This document shows positions 11,127 to 21,728 of a stretch of 64,000 nucleotides of DNA, in pieces. The DNA comes from Promethearchaeota archaeon (GTDB lineage: Archaea > Asgardarchaeota > Lokiarchaeia > Sigyniarchaeales > SOKP01): positions 96,001 to 160,000 of the forward strand of contig JBHLOY010000008.1 in the NCBI GenBank assembly GCA_048939995.1, written 5' to 3'. The notes beneath the pieces were generated by a model that saw only the letters and a list, made by a program, of their open reading frames with translations, made no database searches and was not told the origin of the DNA. Numbering within the stretch: position 1 is the stretch's first letter; every line of letters starts with the position of its first letter. Position numbers and translations under genes: made by a program.

Positions 11127-11879
11127 TCATATGATATTTTCAATTGTTTTGGAAATTTTATATAAATTGACTTCTGCCATTCCTAGTGGTACTGAAGATT
11201 CAAATAGAACCACAATTAACAAAGGATCTAACTTCCATGGGATTTTCACAATTTTCGAAAATATTTTTTGGTTATTATCTAAACTATAGAAGGTTGTGTT
11301 GAAATCGCTGGCGACCATATATCGAATCTCTAATTCTTTTAATGAGGATAAGAGAATCTCTTGGGGAAGGGAAGAATAAATTACTTTTCCATTAATCGCA
11401 AAAAGAGCCGCTCCAAGAATTTCATTTTCAAATATAAGCGTTTTTATCATCTCAACTATTTTTCTATAGAGCGCTTGACTTGCGGTAATCTCTTCCTCAC
11501 CAGTAATCATTAAATCTATTTTTGAATCAAAATCGGGATTATCGATTTGTTCATATTCTTCAATATCATTTTCCGCTAAAAAAGTGTCAAATACTCTCGC
11601 TATGCCATTTAATCTAGAATTTATGAATAACAGACTAGCACTTGAATCTGCTAAGATTGCAAAAATATGCTCTATTTCAGTTTTAAATACAAACCTAAAA
11701 CCTCCCATTTCAAGGACTTCCGGAGTTTTCTTTGAAATTACAGACTGAGAAAACGAAAAGATTGCGGAAAAGAAAGGAGTAATTAAATTGGGCTCAATAT
11801 TCTCGAAATCACCTGTAAAGTTCCGACTATATATACATGCTCCGCTTTTCGTTAAAATGAACAATGAATGAATTTTCAT
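11127..11879 (-). CDS. Longin-like domain plus roadblock/profilin-like domain protein
   Basis: N-terminal FILTKSGACIYSR...LITPFFSAIFSFS; C-terminal ILGAALFAINGKVIYSSLP. Confidence 0.65.
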   Translation of the reverse strand: MKIHSLFILTKSGACIYSRNFTGDFENIEPNLITPFFSAIFSFSQSVISKKTPEVLEMGGFRFVFKTEIEHIFAILADSSASLLFINSRLNGIARVFDTFLAENDIEEYEQIDNPDFDSKIDLMITGEEEITASQALYRKIVEMIKTLIFENEILGAALFAINGKVIYSSLPQEILLSSLKELEIRYMVASDFNTTFYSLDNNQKIFSKIVKIPWKLDPLLIVVLFESSVPLGMAEVNLYKISKTIENII

Positions 11880-11980
11880 TAACCTTAAACACTCCTATAA
11901 ATGCATTTAAAGAAATATAGGTTTATAAGTATTTTTAGAAAAAGCTATTGAGATAATATATTTCAAAATGATTTTTATTC

Positions 11981-12544
11981 TTAAAATTCTAAAATTTTCC
12001 CCATTTCAAGTCTTACCTCATGACGATCAATATCATTATTAGAATACGCAATTAAATCAAAACCAGTAAAAGTATATCCATAATTTAAGTAGAATTGAAT
12101 AGCAGTATAATTTGAACTTTGGCACTCCAACACAATCGCCCTACAATTCCACTCTACTGCGCGTTTTTCAGCAAACTTTAATAATTTTTCACCAAACCCT
12201 TTTCGTTGTGATTCTTCATTTATAGAAATATCCCATATTCTGGCAGTATTATTCCAAGACTGTTTACCCACTACTATTAATCCAATTTCTTTTCCATTGT
12301 CATTAAATGCTATATAATATTCTGCCCCTTCTTTATATTTTTGAAAGATATCCCCCTCAGAATACTTTGTAAATGTACTTGGAAATTGTGTTTTTTGTAA
12401 ATCGATTGACCATCCACTATTCTTCTTTTTTTCTTTAACTGAAATATCGTAATAAAATTTCGAATAGTATTGGAATATATCTTTCTTATTGTTCGGAAAG
12501 TCTTTTTCGAAAATCTGTATTATTTTAATAAATTGATCACCCAG
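11981..12544 (-). CDS. GNAT acetyltransferase (streptothricin acetyltransferase-like), extended to a CTG start
   Basis: QRKGFG, ECQSSNYTAIQFY, WNNTARIWDI. Frame is open 91 codons upstream of the track start, to a CTG overlapping the upstream stop. Confidence 0.8.
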   Translation of the reverse strand: MGDQFIKIIQIFEKDFPNNKKDIFQYYSKFYYDISVKEKKKNSGWSIDLQKTQFPSTFTKYSEGDIFQKYKEGAEYYIAFNDNGKEIGLIVVGKQSWNNTARIWDISINEESQRKGFGEKLLKFAEKRAVEWNCRAIVLECQSSNYTAIQFYLNYGYTFTGFDLIAYSNNDIDRHEVRLEMGKILEF

Positions 12545-13397
12545 ATAATTTATTAGATTTTAAGATTCTTTCAAATTGATTTTTTATTTCGCTCCATGAC
12601 GCCATTCGTTTAATTAACGGCTTATCATTCATAATCACTCCTCGAGAAATACCGTACTTTTTAATTATTTCTTTGTTGTCTGTATTTATTAAATTTAAAT
12701 TAATATTTGGATAGTTCTTTAGATTTCTTTTAATATCATCGACCATAAAACAGTTCCATGGACATTGACTATTCAGAAAAAGATTAAGGCCGCTAATCGA
12801 ATTTAATTTCTGATATTTTATTAGAGAGGGAGCTGCTTTTGAGCCTAAATCTAAATAAAGAAGAACTCTCTCATCCTCACGATCGACTTCTTTAAATCCA
12901 AATTTTTGAAAAAATTGTGATGGCATGTACTTTATTGTTGTTCCGAACCATTTCTCATTATCATACGCTAAAACGCTAATTCCTCCAACTTTTTTCGCCC
13001 GTTCAATCAATCTTTTTATTAATGCTTTCCCAACTCCTTTATTCCAGAATGCTGGTAAAATCCAGATACAATTGATAAATAAGGAATCCTTACCCTCAAG
13101 GGGTTCTAATGCAAATTCAATTGGAATACTTTCAATGAGTCCCATGGGTACATAACCTTTTATAGCAAGGTCTGAATGACGCATTTTACCAGCCCATTTG
13201 TAATAAATTATTTCATTTTTAGGCGTATCAAGAGCTAAAAGGATTTCTAAACCAAATCTCATCATTTTCTTTATCCATGATATTCTTTGCTCCATACAGT
13301 TTTTCATCACTTTCTTTAATCCCTTCCCTACACTTGGGTCCATACAAATAGCAGGGATGAATACTAATTCATCTTCAGAGACAATTTTTATTTCCAA
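12537..13397 (-). CDS. GNAT acetyltransferase with C-terminal thioredoxin-like (YoaP-like) domain
   Basis: FINCIWI...NKGVGKAL, FFQKFGF, SQCPW. Confidence 0.78.
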   Translation of the reverse strand: MEIKIVSEDELVFIPAICMDPSVGKGLKKVMKNCMEQRISWIKKMMRFGLEILLALDTPKNEIIYYKWAGKMRHSDLAIKGYVPMGLIESIPIEFALEPLEGKDSLFINCIWILPAFWNKGVGKALIKRLIERAKKVGGISVLAYDNEKWFGTTIKYMPSQFFQKFGFKEVDREDERVLLYLDLGSKAAPSLIKYQKLNSISGLNLFLNSQCPWNCFMVDDIKRNLKNYPNINLNLINTDNKEIIKKYGISRGVIMNDKPLIKRMASWSEIKNQFERILKSNKLSG

Positions 13398-13647
13398 GAT
13401 TAATTACCTTGATAATTTGAATGTGATTAATTTTTTATATAATTTTTTTTCTAACAATTATTAATCATAAGTACGCTGAAAATATCTTAATATCGTATAT
13501 TTATAAGTAATTTGTGCAAATTTTCATGTTTTACCCTTAAGTTAGGATTTTTTTTTCACAATAAAGACATTTAAATATATTAGATGACTTTTTCAATTAA
13601 AAAAAGGTTATGAAATAGTAACGCACAACCTTTAAAACCAAAAAAAA

Positions 13648-14070
13648 TTGGAGAAGAGAATGTCTAAAGACGAGATAAAACAAATACGGCTTAAAAAGGC
13701 TGAAATGCTATTGAAATCACAGAATATGCCAAAACAGATAATTAAAGTTCATTCAATTGAGGATTTTGATGCTTTATTAAAAGATTATCCTGAAAAAGTA
13801 ATAATCATAGATTTCTGGGCCATTTGGTGTGGACCTTGCATGATGTTTGCTCCTATATTTGAGAAATTACAAAAAGAACATGCAAATGAATTCATATTCG
13901 TAAAAGTAAATGTGGATGAAAACCCATCAATTGCACAGAGATATAGGATAACTGGTATTCCAACCACCCTTTTTATACAAAATGAGAAACAAGTGCATAA
14001 GATAGCAGGAGCTGTAAATCAAGAATACATGGAACGTGTTCTTGAAAAACTTAAATCATTTTCTAAATAG
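13648..14070 (+). CDS. trxA: Thioredoxin
   Basis: DFWAIWCGPC, GIPT. Confidence 0.95.
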   Translation: MEKRMSKDEIKQIRLKKAEMLLKSQNMPKQIIKVHSIEDFDALLKDYPEKVIIIDFWAIWCGPCMMFAPIFEKLQKEHANEFIFVKVNVDENPSIAQRYRITGIPTTLFIQNEKQVHKIAGAVNQEYMERVLEKLKSFSK

Positions 14071-14115
14071 GTTTATTTTTTATTTTTTTTAATTTTATAA
14101 TGAGGATAAAAAACC

Positions 14116-14556
14116 ATGGAAAGCATTATTGAGCAATTAGATGAAAAAGAAGTATTTCGAAGTGAAAAATTATTTAAATGTATTCTTGGATTAAATGAAA
14201 TCCAAGCAAATGTATTTTCCTATATTCTGAAGCATGAAAATGTGAGTACAATGGAATTGAAAGAAGTTTTGGATAAAGATAGAAGCTCAATTCAAAAGGC
14301 ACTAGGAGAATTAATTAAGTTAAAAATTATTAGTAGAAATTCATTTTCATTGAAGGATTATTTCGAGGCTAAGGGAATCAGTAATGAAACTAATGATAAA
14401 AGGGGTTATATTTACTTGTATAGCGCAAAAGATATAAATGAGATTAAAGTGGAATTTAAAGATTTATTAGATAAATGGTATCACTCTATGGTTAACTATA
14501 TTAATGATCTAGATAGTTTATTTGATTGCTATGAAATAGATGGAAAACTTTGTTAA
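14116..14556 (+). CDS. TrmB-like winged-HTH transcriptional regulator
   Basis: CILGLN, ELKEVLDKDRSSIQKALGEL, RGYIYLY. Confidence 0.8.
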   Translation: MESIIEQLDEKEVFRSEKLFKCILGLNEIQANVFSYILKHENVSTMELKEVLDKDRSSIQKALGELIKLKIISRNSFSLKDYFEAKGISNETNDKRGYIYLYSAKDINEIKVEFKDLLDKWYHSMVNYINDLDSLFDCYEIDGKLC

Positions 14557-14612
14557 GTTGAAATAACAGAAATAAATTTTTGAATTTATATTTAAATAGA
14601 AAATAAGAGAAA

Positions 14613-14972
14613 TTATAAATATATACTTAATTTATCGATATCATCCCTTAATTTAGAAATTCTTCTTAATTGCTCTTCTTCTTTATCTACTCCTTGCAAG
14701 TCTTCTTCTGAACTTGTTCGTTCATCTTCATATGCTTGTTCAACCATCATTCCATATCTAATTGCGTAAGCAACTAACTCAGGTATTAATGATATCATAC
14801 TTTTAAAAGTAAAAATCCCACTTAAAGTACTTAAGATATTGATCATTTCTCCGAAAGGGTCAATCTCAATTTTAGGCTTCTTCATTAACTCCATTATCTT
14901 TCGAAATAGAATTTCATAAAATAGTTCAAGTTCTTCTCTATTGAGTTTAAATTCTTCCTCTTCTTCACCCAT
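14613..14972 (-). CDS. Hypothetical protein
   Basis: 119-aa ORF with GGTG SD upstream. Confidence 0.7.
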   Translation of the reverse strand: MGEEEEEFKLNREELELFYEILFRKIMELMKKPKIEIDPFGEMINILSTLSGIFTFKSMISLIPELVAYAIRYGMMVEQAYEDERTSSEEDLQGVDKEEEQLRRISKLRDDIDKLSIYL

Positions 14973-15121
14973 TATTCACACCTTTAAATTAACAAAATTT
15001 TAGTTTCTAGTGAAAAATTAAATTAAAAAATGCATTTATTTCTTTTACTTTATTTCACATAAATTTAAAAATTTTCTAAAAAAGCTCTAAATATATTACA
15101 ATAATTTACTTAAAATAACAA

Positions 15122-15934
15122 ATGTCTTTTAATCCAGAAAAAACCGAATTGCGAATTGTAAGAAATCTACTCTATAATATCATAATTCTGCTTATCGTCT
15201 TTTTTTGGTTTTTTCGCTCTACCTATGATAACCTCTCTGGCTCATACATATTATCCTTTTTAATAATAAGTTCTATTACATTATCATTTATTTACAATAT
15301 TAAAAAAGGATGTAAAAATTCTGTTAAAATCTTTCATCTAATTCTATTTTTGATACCAATCTCTTTTATTATTGAATTAATTTATGTTTATGAACCATTC
15401 ACGTCAGCTATCTTTATTTCATTTTACAATTTGATTGGAATCAGACATAATCATGATATTTTTTTGATTACTCTCTATTTTGCTTTAACAGTATTGAAAG
15501 TTCTCCCTATCAAATTATTTTATAATAGAATTATTAAATTAAACGAGAAAAACAGATTTGATGATTTTTTTGAGTATTTTGCGAAGGACTTTAATAGAAA
15601 TAAACTCATTCTTATAATTCTTCTGCTTCCTCTAGCGGCATTTATTGAAGAATTTATTTTTCGAAGTTTATTGTTAACTGTTTTAGTAAATTATCTCAAC
15701 TGGAATAATATTATTGCAGTTCTATTTATATCTCTTGTCTTTGGATTTAGTCATTATTCTTCCTCGAAAAATTGGTTACATTTTCTTTCAACTACCTTTT
15801 CCTCTATAATATATTTTTTGGCTTTAATCCAATTAGGTTTATTATATCCTTGGTTATTACATTTAACCACAAATAGTCTTGCGTTATTATTTTTCTATCA
15901 AAATAACAAATTAAAAACTAAGGAGAATACTTAA
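15122..15934 (+). CDS. CPBP (Abi/CAAX) intramembrane metalloprotease
   Basis: EEFIFR, FGFSH, HLTTN; multi-TM. Confidence 0.88.
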   Translation: MSFNPEKTELRIVRNLLYNIIILLIVFFWFFRSTYDNLSGSYILSFLIISSITLSFIYNIKKGCKNSVKIFHLILFLIPISFIIELIYVYEPFTSAIFISFYNLIGIRHNHDIFLITLYFALTVLKVLPIKLFYNRIIKLNEKNRFDDFFEYFAKDFNRNKLILIILLLPLAAFIEEFIFRSLLLTVLVNYLNWNNIIAVLFISLVFGFSHYSSSKNWLHFLSTTFSSIIYFLALIQLGLLYPWLLHLTTNSLALLFFYQNNKLKTKENT

Positions 15935-15941
15935 ATTATTT

Positions 15942-17726
15942 TTAATGATAAAGATAAAGAAATCTCTCCAAATAATAAAGAAAAATTTGAGTGTAATATC
16001 CTGGAAAATAAAAATCGCAACCATGTCCTCCTAACGGCATCCATAAAATTGCACATTCATCATTTTCATGTGATAAATAAATATTCTGGATATTTGTTGC
16101 TATGCTGAAATAATTCAAAATATCATGAGTCCCTTGGAAAATTAGACAAGGGGGGCTATCATTATTAATTAAATTTTCTGGATTTTTGAATTCTTCTTTA
16201 CCGTCTATTCCGAACCATTGCATTGCTCCATTCGCGGGATAATATGGTATCATTCCTTTTACTATAATACTTGGACTAAAAATATCGGTATAATTTCCGC
16301 TTGCTATTGCTAATGCGACAGCGCATGTAAGATGTCCTCCCGAAGACCCACCTGTTATAAACACAGAATCTAAACTAGCACCATACTCAAGGGCATGATT
16401 ATCCAGATAATAAGTAAAATTCCCAATATGTTGCATCATATCATCAATATTGAAATCTCCTTTTGTATACTTTGGAGTAATTGGATCTATTGGAGTTAAA
16501 AAGGTATCAAATAATCCATACTGAATATCAAATACAATATATCCTTGTGCTGCTAAGTATTTATTAAATGGTATCATATCTGATCCCCCTTTATCTCCTA
16601 AAATCCAACCACCACCATGGATACGAATTATAGTCGAATTTTGTCCAGGAAGGTTCCTCCCATTATTTAATGGCATGTAAGCATCAAAATAAAGATTAAC
16701 ACCTTCATTACTATAAAAAAGGATGTTTTCTTTTACGATACAGTCCTCGGCAGGGATTCCAAGGAAGTAGCTTGAAGTTGAAAAAGGCGTTTTTAGAAAA
16801 AAGTCATTTATATTCGTAGGAATTCTATTACGCCAATCATATCCAAAAGCAGTTGAAAAATTATTATGGGCGGAATAAGTTGTTACATGAGTTAAAAATA
16901 ATGGTAGAAGCATAACAAATGCAACAACAAGACCCATAATTGTTTTTCGTTTGAATTTTTTGGGAGACCATTTATTTCTCTTTAATTTTATTAAAATAAG
17001 TGTATTTATTAGAAAGATTAATGAAAAAAATGCTCCAAATTGAGCAGAAAACATAGCAAAAATAGTGGTGACTATTTCAAATGACCCAAATATAGTGACA
17101 AAAGCACATAATATTCCAATATAGAAGGTAATATTACTTAAAATAGTAAGAATTTTCTTTAAAATCCTCTTAGTCCGCATTTTTCTTTTAGATGGAAATC
17201 GTGTTTTATTCCTATTAGAGTTCCAAAGCTTCTCATTTTTAATGTTTAGAATATCGAATAAGGCAATAAAAAAGTTAAATCCAAACAAACTGAAGTAACA
17301 AAAATAGACTAAGAAATAGCCAAATCCACTAAATATGCTTAGTGGGCGATAACTTGAATAAATAAGTAGATTACCACCCATTATCCCCAATACTGCGATG
17401 ATCACAAAACCTAGATAGATATAACAGATCAGGTTTAGTTTTTTCCCTAATCTTAAGGTCTTATTTACTTTAATTGAGTTAATATATACTAATAATCCAT
17501 TGAGAAATAGCGTAATAATAATTAAGATGCCTAATAAATCCCAGAATACATTATATATTGGAAAGATCAAATAAAAAATTCCAGAAATAAGACAAATAGG
17601 ATTTAAAATAATTGAAAAGAAACTAACTCTTTTAATCGTAAAAAAAGCTACAAGATTTTCAACTAATATTCTTGTACTTTTTAATTTGAACTCTATTTGA
17701 ATTAAAGATGGCTGTTCCATCTGCAA
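15942..17726 (-). CDS. Membrane-anchored alpha/beta hydrolase (esterase/lipase)
   Basis: N-terminal TM helices; HGGGW, GGSSGG, QGTHD, GGHG. Confidence 0.85.
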   Translation of the reverse strand: MQMEQPSLIQIEFKLKSTRILVENLVAFFTIKRVSFFSIILNPICLISGIFYLIFPIYNVFWDLLGILIIITLFLNGLLVYINSIKVNKTLRLGKKLNLICYIYLGFVIIAVLGIMGGNLLIYSSYRPLSIFSGFGYFLVYFCYFSLFGFNFFIALFDILNIKNEKLWNSNRNKTRFPSKRKMRTKRILKKILTILSNITFYIGILCAFVTIFGSFEIVTTIFAMFSAQFGAFFSLIFLINTLILIKLKRNKWSPKKFKRKTIMGLVVAFVMLLPLFLTHVTTYSAHNNFSTAFGYDWRNRIPTNINDFFLKTPFSTSSYFLGIPAEDCIVKENILFYSNEGVNLYFDAYMPLNNGRNLPGQNSTIIRIHGGGWILGDKGGSDMIPFNKYLAAQGYIVFDIQYGLFDTFLTPIDPITPKYTKGDFNIDDMMQHIGNFTYYLDNHALEYGASLDSVFITGGSSGGHLTCAVALAIASGNYTDIFSPSIIVKGMIPYYPANGAMQWFGIDGKEEFKNPENLINNDSPPCLIFQGTHDILNYFSIATNIQNIYLSHENDECAILWMPLGGHGCDFYFPGYYTQIFLYYLERFLYLYH

Positions 17727-18077
17727 TACCCTGTTATTTTATATTAGACAAAAGTCTAATTATAATATTATAAATGCTCCTAATTTTTATTGGTCATGTT
17801 AAGAGCGATTTATAGTAACTTGACAATTTTATAATTAATGAAATTACAAGAATTTAATTTTACCTAATTAGTAAAAATTTATAAAAAAATTTTAAGAAAT
17901 AGTTAGCTTATCTTATTTTTTGAAGCTTATTGATCTTTATTGATCTTAGGTTAAATATTTTAGTTGTTATTCATTTACTTACAATTAGTAGTTAAGGGTA
18001 AAACCCTAAAAAATAGATGATTTTCAATTTAAATTATAAGAATTAAAGTAATAAATACCGTCTAAATATGTTTAACT

Positions 18078-18923
18078 ATGATTATTTGGATTCTTGAAAG
18101 TGACTCAGGTTCAAAATTGCTGTATAAATCTTTTTTAAAGACTGATGCGGATGAAGATATAGTATCTGGTTTTTTAACAGCATTCCACCATTTTTCGATG
18201 GTAGAATTTCATCAATCTTTGGAATCAATAGAAATGGGAGGGTTGAAGTGGATTTATATATTAGAACCAAAGTACAATTTGCTTTTTGTGGCAGCCGGTA
18301 CAAAAAATGTTAGGACTGAAATTTTAATGGGCAGATTGAATGTGATAAAAGAAGCTTTTATAAAACAGTTTAAACCAACATGGAAAAAAAGAGGTGAAAA
18401 CTGGGATGGAAGCATTAGTGTATTCAAAAGTTTCTTGAATACCATTGAAGATTATTATAAACAATGGGAAGAAGTAGAAACTTTGACTCAAGTCGCTGAT
18501 TTCTTTGATATTCTGGGAGTATTTCAACAAATTTTTATTATACTTAGAAATATAATTGAAAATAGAATGTATACAAAATCCAAGAACTTTATATTAAATA
18601 AAGTAGAGGAAAGATATAAAAATCTAATCGAAAAAGGAGAATTTAAAGATCAACAACACTTAACAAATGTTACCTTCTCTAAAGAAGCATGGTTCAACAT
18701 TATTGATGAAAAATTAATTAAGTGTGAAAAGGAATTAGTTATCAAATTTCTGAAACTTTTACTTTCAGATATTGTCTATACCTTGCAGGATGTTAAAGGA
18801 AGTCATCTATGTTTGAAATACTTCAGTGAAGATAACATCTATGCCTATATTTTTAACAACATGAAATTGTTGAAAGATTTAAATTTAGATTCTTTTATGT
18901 TAGAATTGTTTTTATTATTATAG
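18078..18923 (+). CDS. Longin-like domain protein
   Basis: WILESDSGSKLLYK...DIVSGFLTAFHHFS...IEMGG pattern. Confidence 0.62.
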   Translation: MIIWILESDSGSKLLYKSFLKTDADEDIVSGFLTAFHHFSMVEFHQSLESIEMGGLKWIYILEPKYNLLFVAAGTKNVRTEILMGRLNVIKEAFIKQFKPTWKKRGENWDGSISVFKSFLNTIEDYYKQWEEVETLTQVADFFDILGVFQQIFIILRNIIENRMYTKSKNFILNKVEERYKNLIEKGEFKDQQHLTNVTFSKEAWFNIIDEKLIKCEKELVIKFLKLLLSDIVYTLQDVKGSHLCLKYFSEDNIYAYIFNNMKLLKDLNLDSFMLELFLLL

Positions 18924-18987
18924 AATTTAAATCTATAATTATTAATAATATTTTTATTAATTAACAGCATTATCTTAAAATATTGAT

Positions 18988-20079
18988 ATGAAGAGATTCA
19001 AATCCATAGACTTTTTAAGAGGGATACACGTTTTTTTGATGATTGTTCTACACTACAGTGAATGGTGGCTAGTAGTAGATGCACAATCGCTAAAAATTTG
19101 GCTATTTCATATTTTTGAACCTATAGGTGCAACAGGGTTCTTATTTATTTCAGGAGTGAGTGCATCTTTATCATATAAGAGTAGTAAAAAAAAACTTACA
19201 AGCACAAGCTTAGATTGGTATAAAATAAAAAATATTTATTTATTAAGAGCTTTAATCCTTTTATTTATTGCATTAATTTATAATTTAATATTATCATTTA
19301 GATTTGGTGATTTGTCAGATATTTGGAGTTGGAATGTACTACAAACCATTGCTGTTTCTCTCATTATTGTATGGCCGCTTTTAAAACTCTCTAAAACTGT
19401 AAGATTAATCGTTGGAATTTCTATAATAATCATTAATCAAGCCTTATTAATTTTTTTAAGCCCCTTTGAGGATCAGTTAAATTTCTATGGCATATTGTTT
19501 CATTTATTATATAATCCCTTACAACAATTTACTATCTTGTCTTTTTTCCCTTTTTTTCTCTTTGGAACTGTTATTGGAGATATTATATTTGGAATCAGCG
19601 CAATGGAGGATGAAAATGAAAGAAGAAGTGCTATAAAAGACACATTTCTTAAAAGTGTCTTAATATTGGGGGGTGGATTAATAGTAATTGGAGTATTATA
19701 TCAATTTCCCTATTTTTTAGAGCGTAATACGTTCCCATCTTTTATCTATTCGATAGGAGTGATTTTAGTGATATTTTCAATTTTAATCTCGATCGAAGAA
19801 TTTAATCTTATTAAGGCTAGGAAAAATTACAATTTTTTCTTCTTTTATTCATATTATTCATTTACTGTTTATTTAGGGCACAATGTATTCTATTTTCTAT
19901 TCTTTAACCAGTTAAATGCTATTAGTTTTTGGATTCCTATTATTCTTACAATGAGTTTTATAACCATTTTAATTAGAATAATTTATAAAAAATTAGGACC
20001 AAAAGCTTCTTTAAAAACAGGAATATCAACATTAAGCTATCTATTGGTAACTAAATTTAATAGGAAAGAAGCACATTAG
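18988..20079 (+). CDS. DUF1624 / HGSNAT-like membrane acyltransferase
   Basis: RFKSIDFLRG, FLFISGVS, NVLQTIA; multi-TM. Confidence 0.8.
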   Translation: MKRFKSIDFLRGIHVFLMIVLHYSEWWLVVDAQSLKIWLFHIFEPIGATGFLFISGVSASLSYKSSKKKLTSTSLDWYKIKNIYLLRALILLFIALIYNLILSFRFGDLSDIWSWNVLQTIAVSLIIVWPLLKLSKTVRLIVGISIIIINQALLIFLSPFEDQLNFYGILFHLLYNPLQQFTILSFFPFFLFGTVIGDIIFGISAMEDENERRSAIKDTFLKSVLILGGGLIVIGVLYQFPYFLERNTFPSFIYSIGVILVIFSILISIEEFNLIKARKNYNFFFFYSYYSFTVYLGHNVFYFLFFNQLNAISFWIPIILTMSFITILIRIIYKKLGPKASLKTGISTLSYLLVTKFNRKEAH

Positions 20080-20160
20080 TTTAGATTAGAATTATTAATT
20101 TTATAAGATTGCAGAATTGATATAAGAATTTAATTAAAAAAAAAAGTAGATTTCAAAAAT

Positions 20161-21075
20161 TTATGATTTTGGTTTTATTGCTTTCACTTTTATACTAGTA
20201 CTATCAATATCTAATTGATCCAATTCTTTAACTTTTTCAATTTGATCTCCTAATGCTTTTTTGATGTTATCGTCATTGAGCAGAAATTCGTTTGTAGAAA
20301 AATTACTTTGTTCAATAATTTCAATTTCTTGAAACCCGGCTTTTCCAATAGCCTCCAAGTATTTATTTTTCATAATTGCTCCACCAATACAACTTACATA
20401 AGCTTGTGCATTCTTTCTAATAACATCAGGAAGTTCTTTAAGTAGAACAATGTCAGATACCATCACCCTCCCTCCTGGTTTTAAGACGCGATAAGCATCT
20501 CGAAATACTGCTTCTTTATCTGGTGAAAGATTAATAACACAATTTGATATTATAAGATCAATGCTATTATCTGCAACAGGTAGATGTTCAATTTCACCAA
20601 GCCTAAACTCAACATTATCGTAATTACCCTTTTTTGCATTTTCTCGCGCCTTATCAATCATAGCAGGAGTCATATCTACACCAATAACTTTTCCAGTTTT
20701 CCCAACCTTTTTTGCTGCAATAAAGCAATCTAACCCACCTCCTGAACCGAGATCTAAAACGATTTCACCTTCTTTTATGGAGGCATGAGCTGTAGGATTA
20801 CCACACCCTAAAGCTAAATTGGCACCGGATGGAATATTGTTCAAATCTTCTTCTGTATATCCTAATTGTTCGCTATATTTCTTTAAGAATTCATCCCTTT
20901 TATCAGCAGGAATCCTAATTGCTGTACCGCAACTACAAGAATTTTCGATTTTTGTTTTAGCTTCGGGAGATGGTCCGCAACAACTCGAACTCAATTTGCG
21001 GTTTGCAGCAATCGAATACTTCTCTCTTACAATTTTCCTTATATTTTCTATTTCTAAAGGTTTATCTTCTTCCAT
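20161..21075 (-). CDS. arsM: Arsenite S-adenosylmethionine methyltransferase
   Basis: N-terminal [36 protein letters not shown]. Confidence 0.93.
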   Translation of the reverse strand: MEEDKPLEIENIRKIVREKYSIAANRKLSSSCCGPSPEAKTKIENSCSCGTAIRIPADKRDEFLKKYSEQLGYTEEDLNNIPSGANLALGCGNPTAHASIKEGEIVLDLGSGGGLDCFIAAKKVGKTGKVIGVDMTPAMIDKARENAKKGNYDNVEFRLGEIEHLPVADNSIDLIISNCVINLSPDKEAVFRDAYRVLKPGGRVMVSDIVLLKELPDVIRKNAQAYVSCIGGAIMKNKYLEAIGKAGFQEIEIIEQSNFSTNEFLLNDDNIKKALGDQIEKVKELDQLDIDSTSIKVKAIKPKS

Positions 21076-21205
21076 TTTTATCTTCTTTATTTTCTTTTTA
21101 TAAATTTAAATAGTAGTCTAATATTCCAATTGCTTTGACTACTTTCAAAAAATTTTTTTGAATTACATGTGCCATATGTATCTCACTTTGTTTGATGTTA
21201 TTCAT

Positions 21206-21496
21206 TTACTCACTTTCTCTTCTTACAATAATTTTCAAAGCTGGTCCTAACGCATCTTGGACCATTGGCTCCAGAATATCCGCTTTCATTAAAATTAGGC
21301 AACAAGGTTTCCCTTTTGGTGCTACATTTATAATAGCAAACTTATCGCCTTTTTGAATATTTTCGTTTTCTCTGAGATCTTTTGGTAATAATATTTGTCC
21401 TTTTGCATCTACAGTAACAAGTGCTTCAACTTTACAACATGTGGAATCTGTATTTGGTGAGTCACAAGCACAATTTTGATTTTCTTGTCCGGACAT
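21206..21496 (-). CDS. AbrB/MazE-fold Cys-rich protein, HgcC-like
   Basis: CCKVEALVTVDAKGQILLPKDLR...GDK...CCLILMKA. Confidence 0.75.
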   Translation of the reverse strand: MSGQENQNCACDSPNTDSTCCKVEALVTVDAKGQILLPKDLRENENIQKGDKFAIINVAPKGKPCCLILMKADILEPMVQDALGPALKIIVRRESE

Positions 21497-21505
21497 ATTT
21501 TATAT

Positions 21506-21517
21506 AAGAAATTTCTT
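21506..21517. promoter_or_regulatory. Palindrome AAGAAATTTCTT just upstream of the HgcC-like gene
   Basis: Perfect 12-bp palindrome between a minus-strand TTTATAA box and the ATG. Confidence 0.3.
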
Positions 21518-21728
21518 CCTTATAAACTTTTTCCCCGATTTCTGATTTTTCTTATTAATCCTATTTTTCACTGTTAAAAAATTTATAGAAAAGGGGGATG
21601 GAAATAAGCTCACTGACTCAACAATCATTAAATTTATTTAGGACCTATAAATCCTTCAATAAGAATTAATCTTTAGATATATAATTTATATAGGAAATAG
21701 ATAAATTGGTCAAAATTAAAAAGTAGAT

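Noticed and set aside
15122-15934. Abi-named proteases (also 43107-43880) as phage defence genes
   Set aside because: The motifs are those of ordinary CPBP membrane proteases; nothing supports a defence role apart from 43107 lying next to the TPR pair
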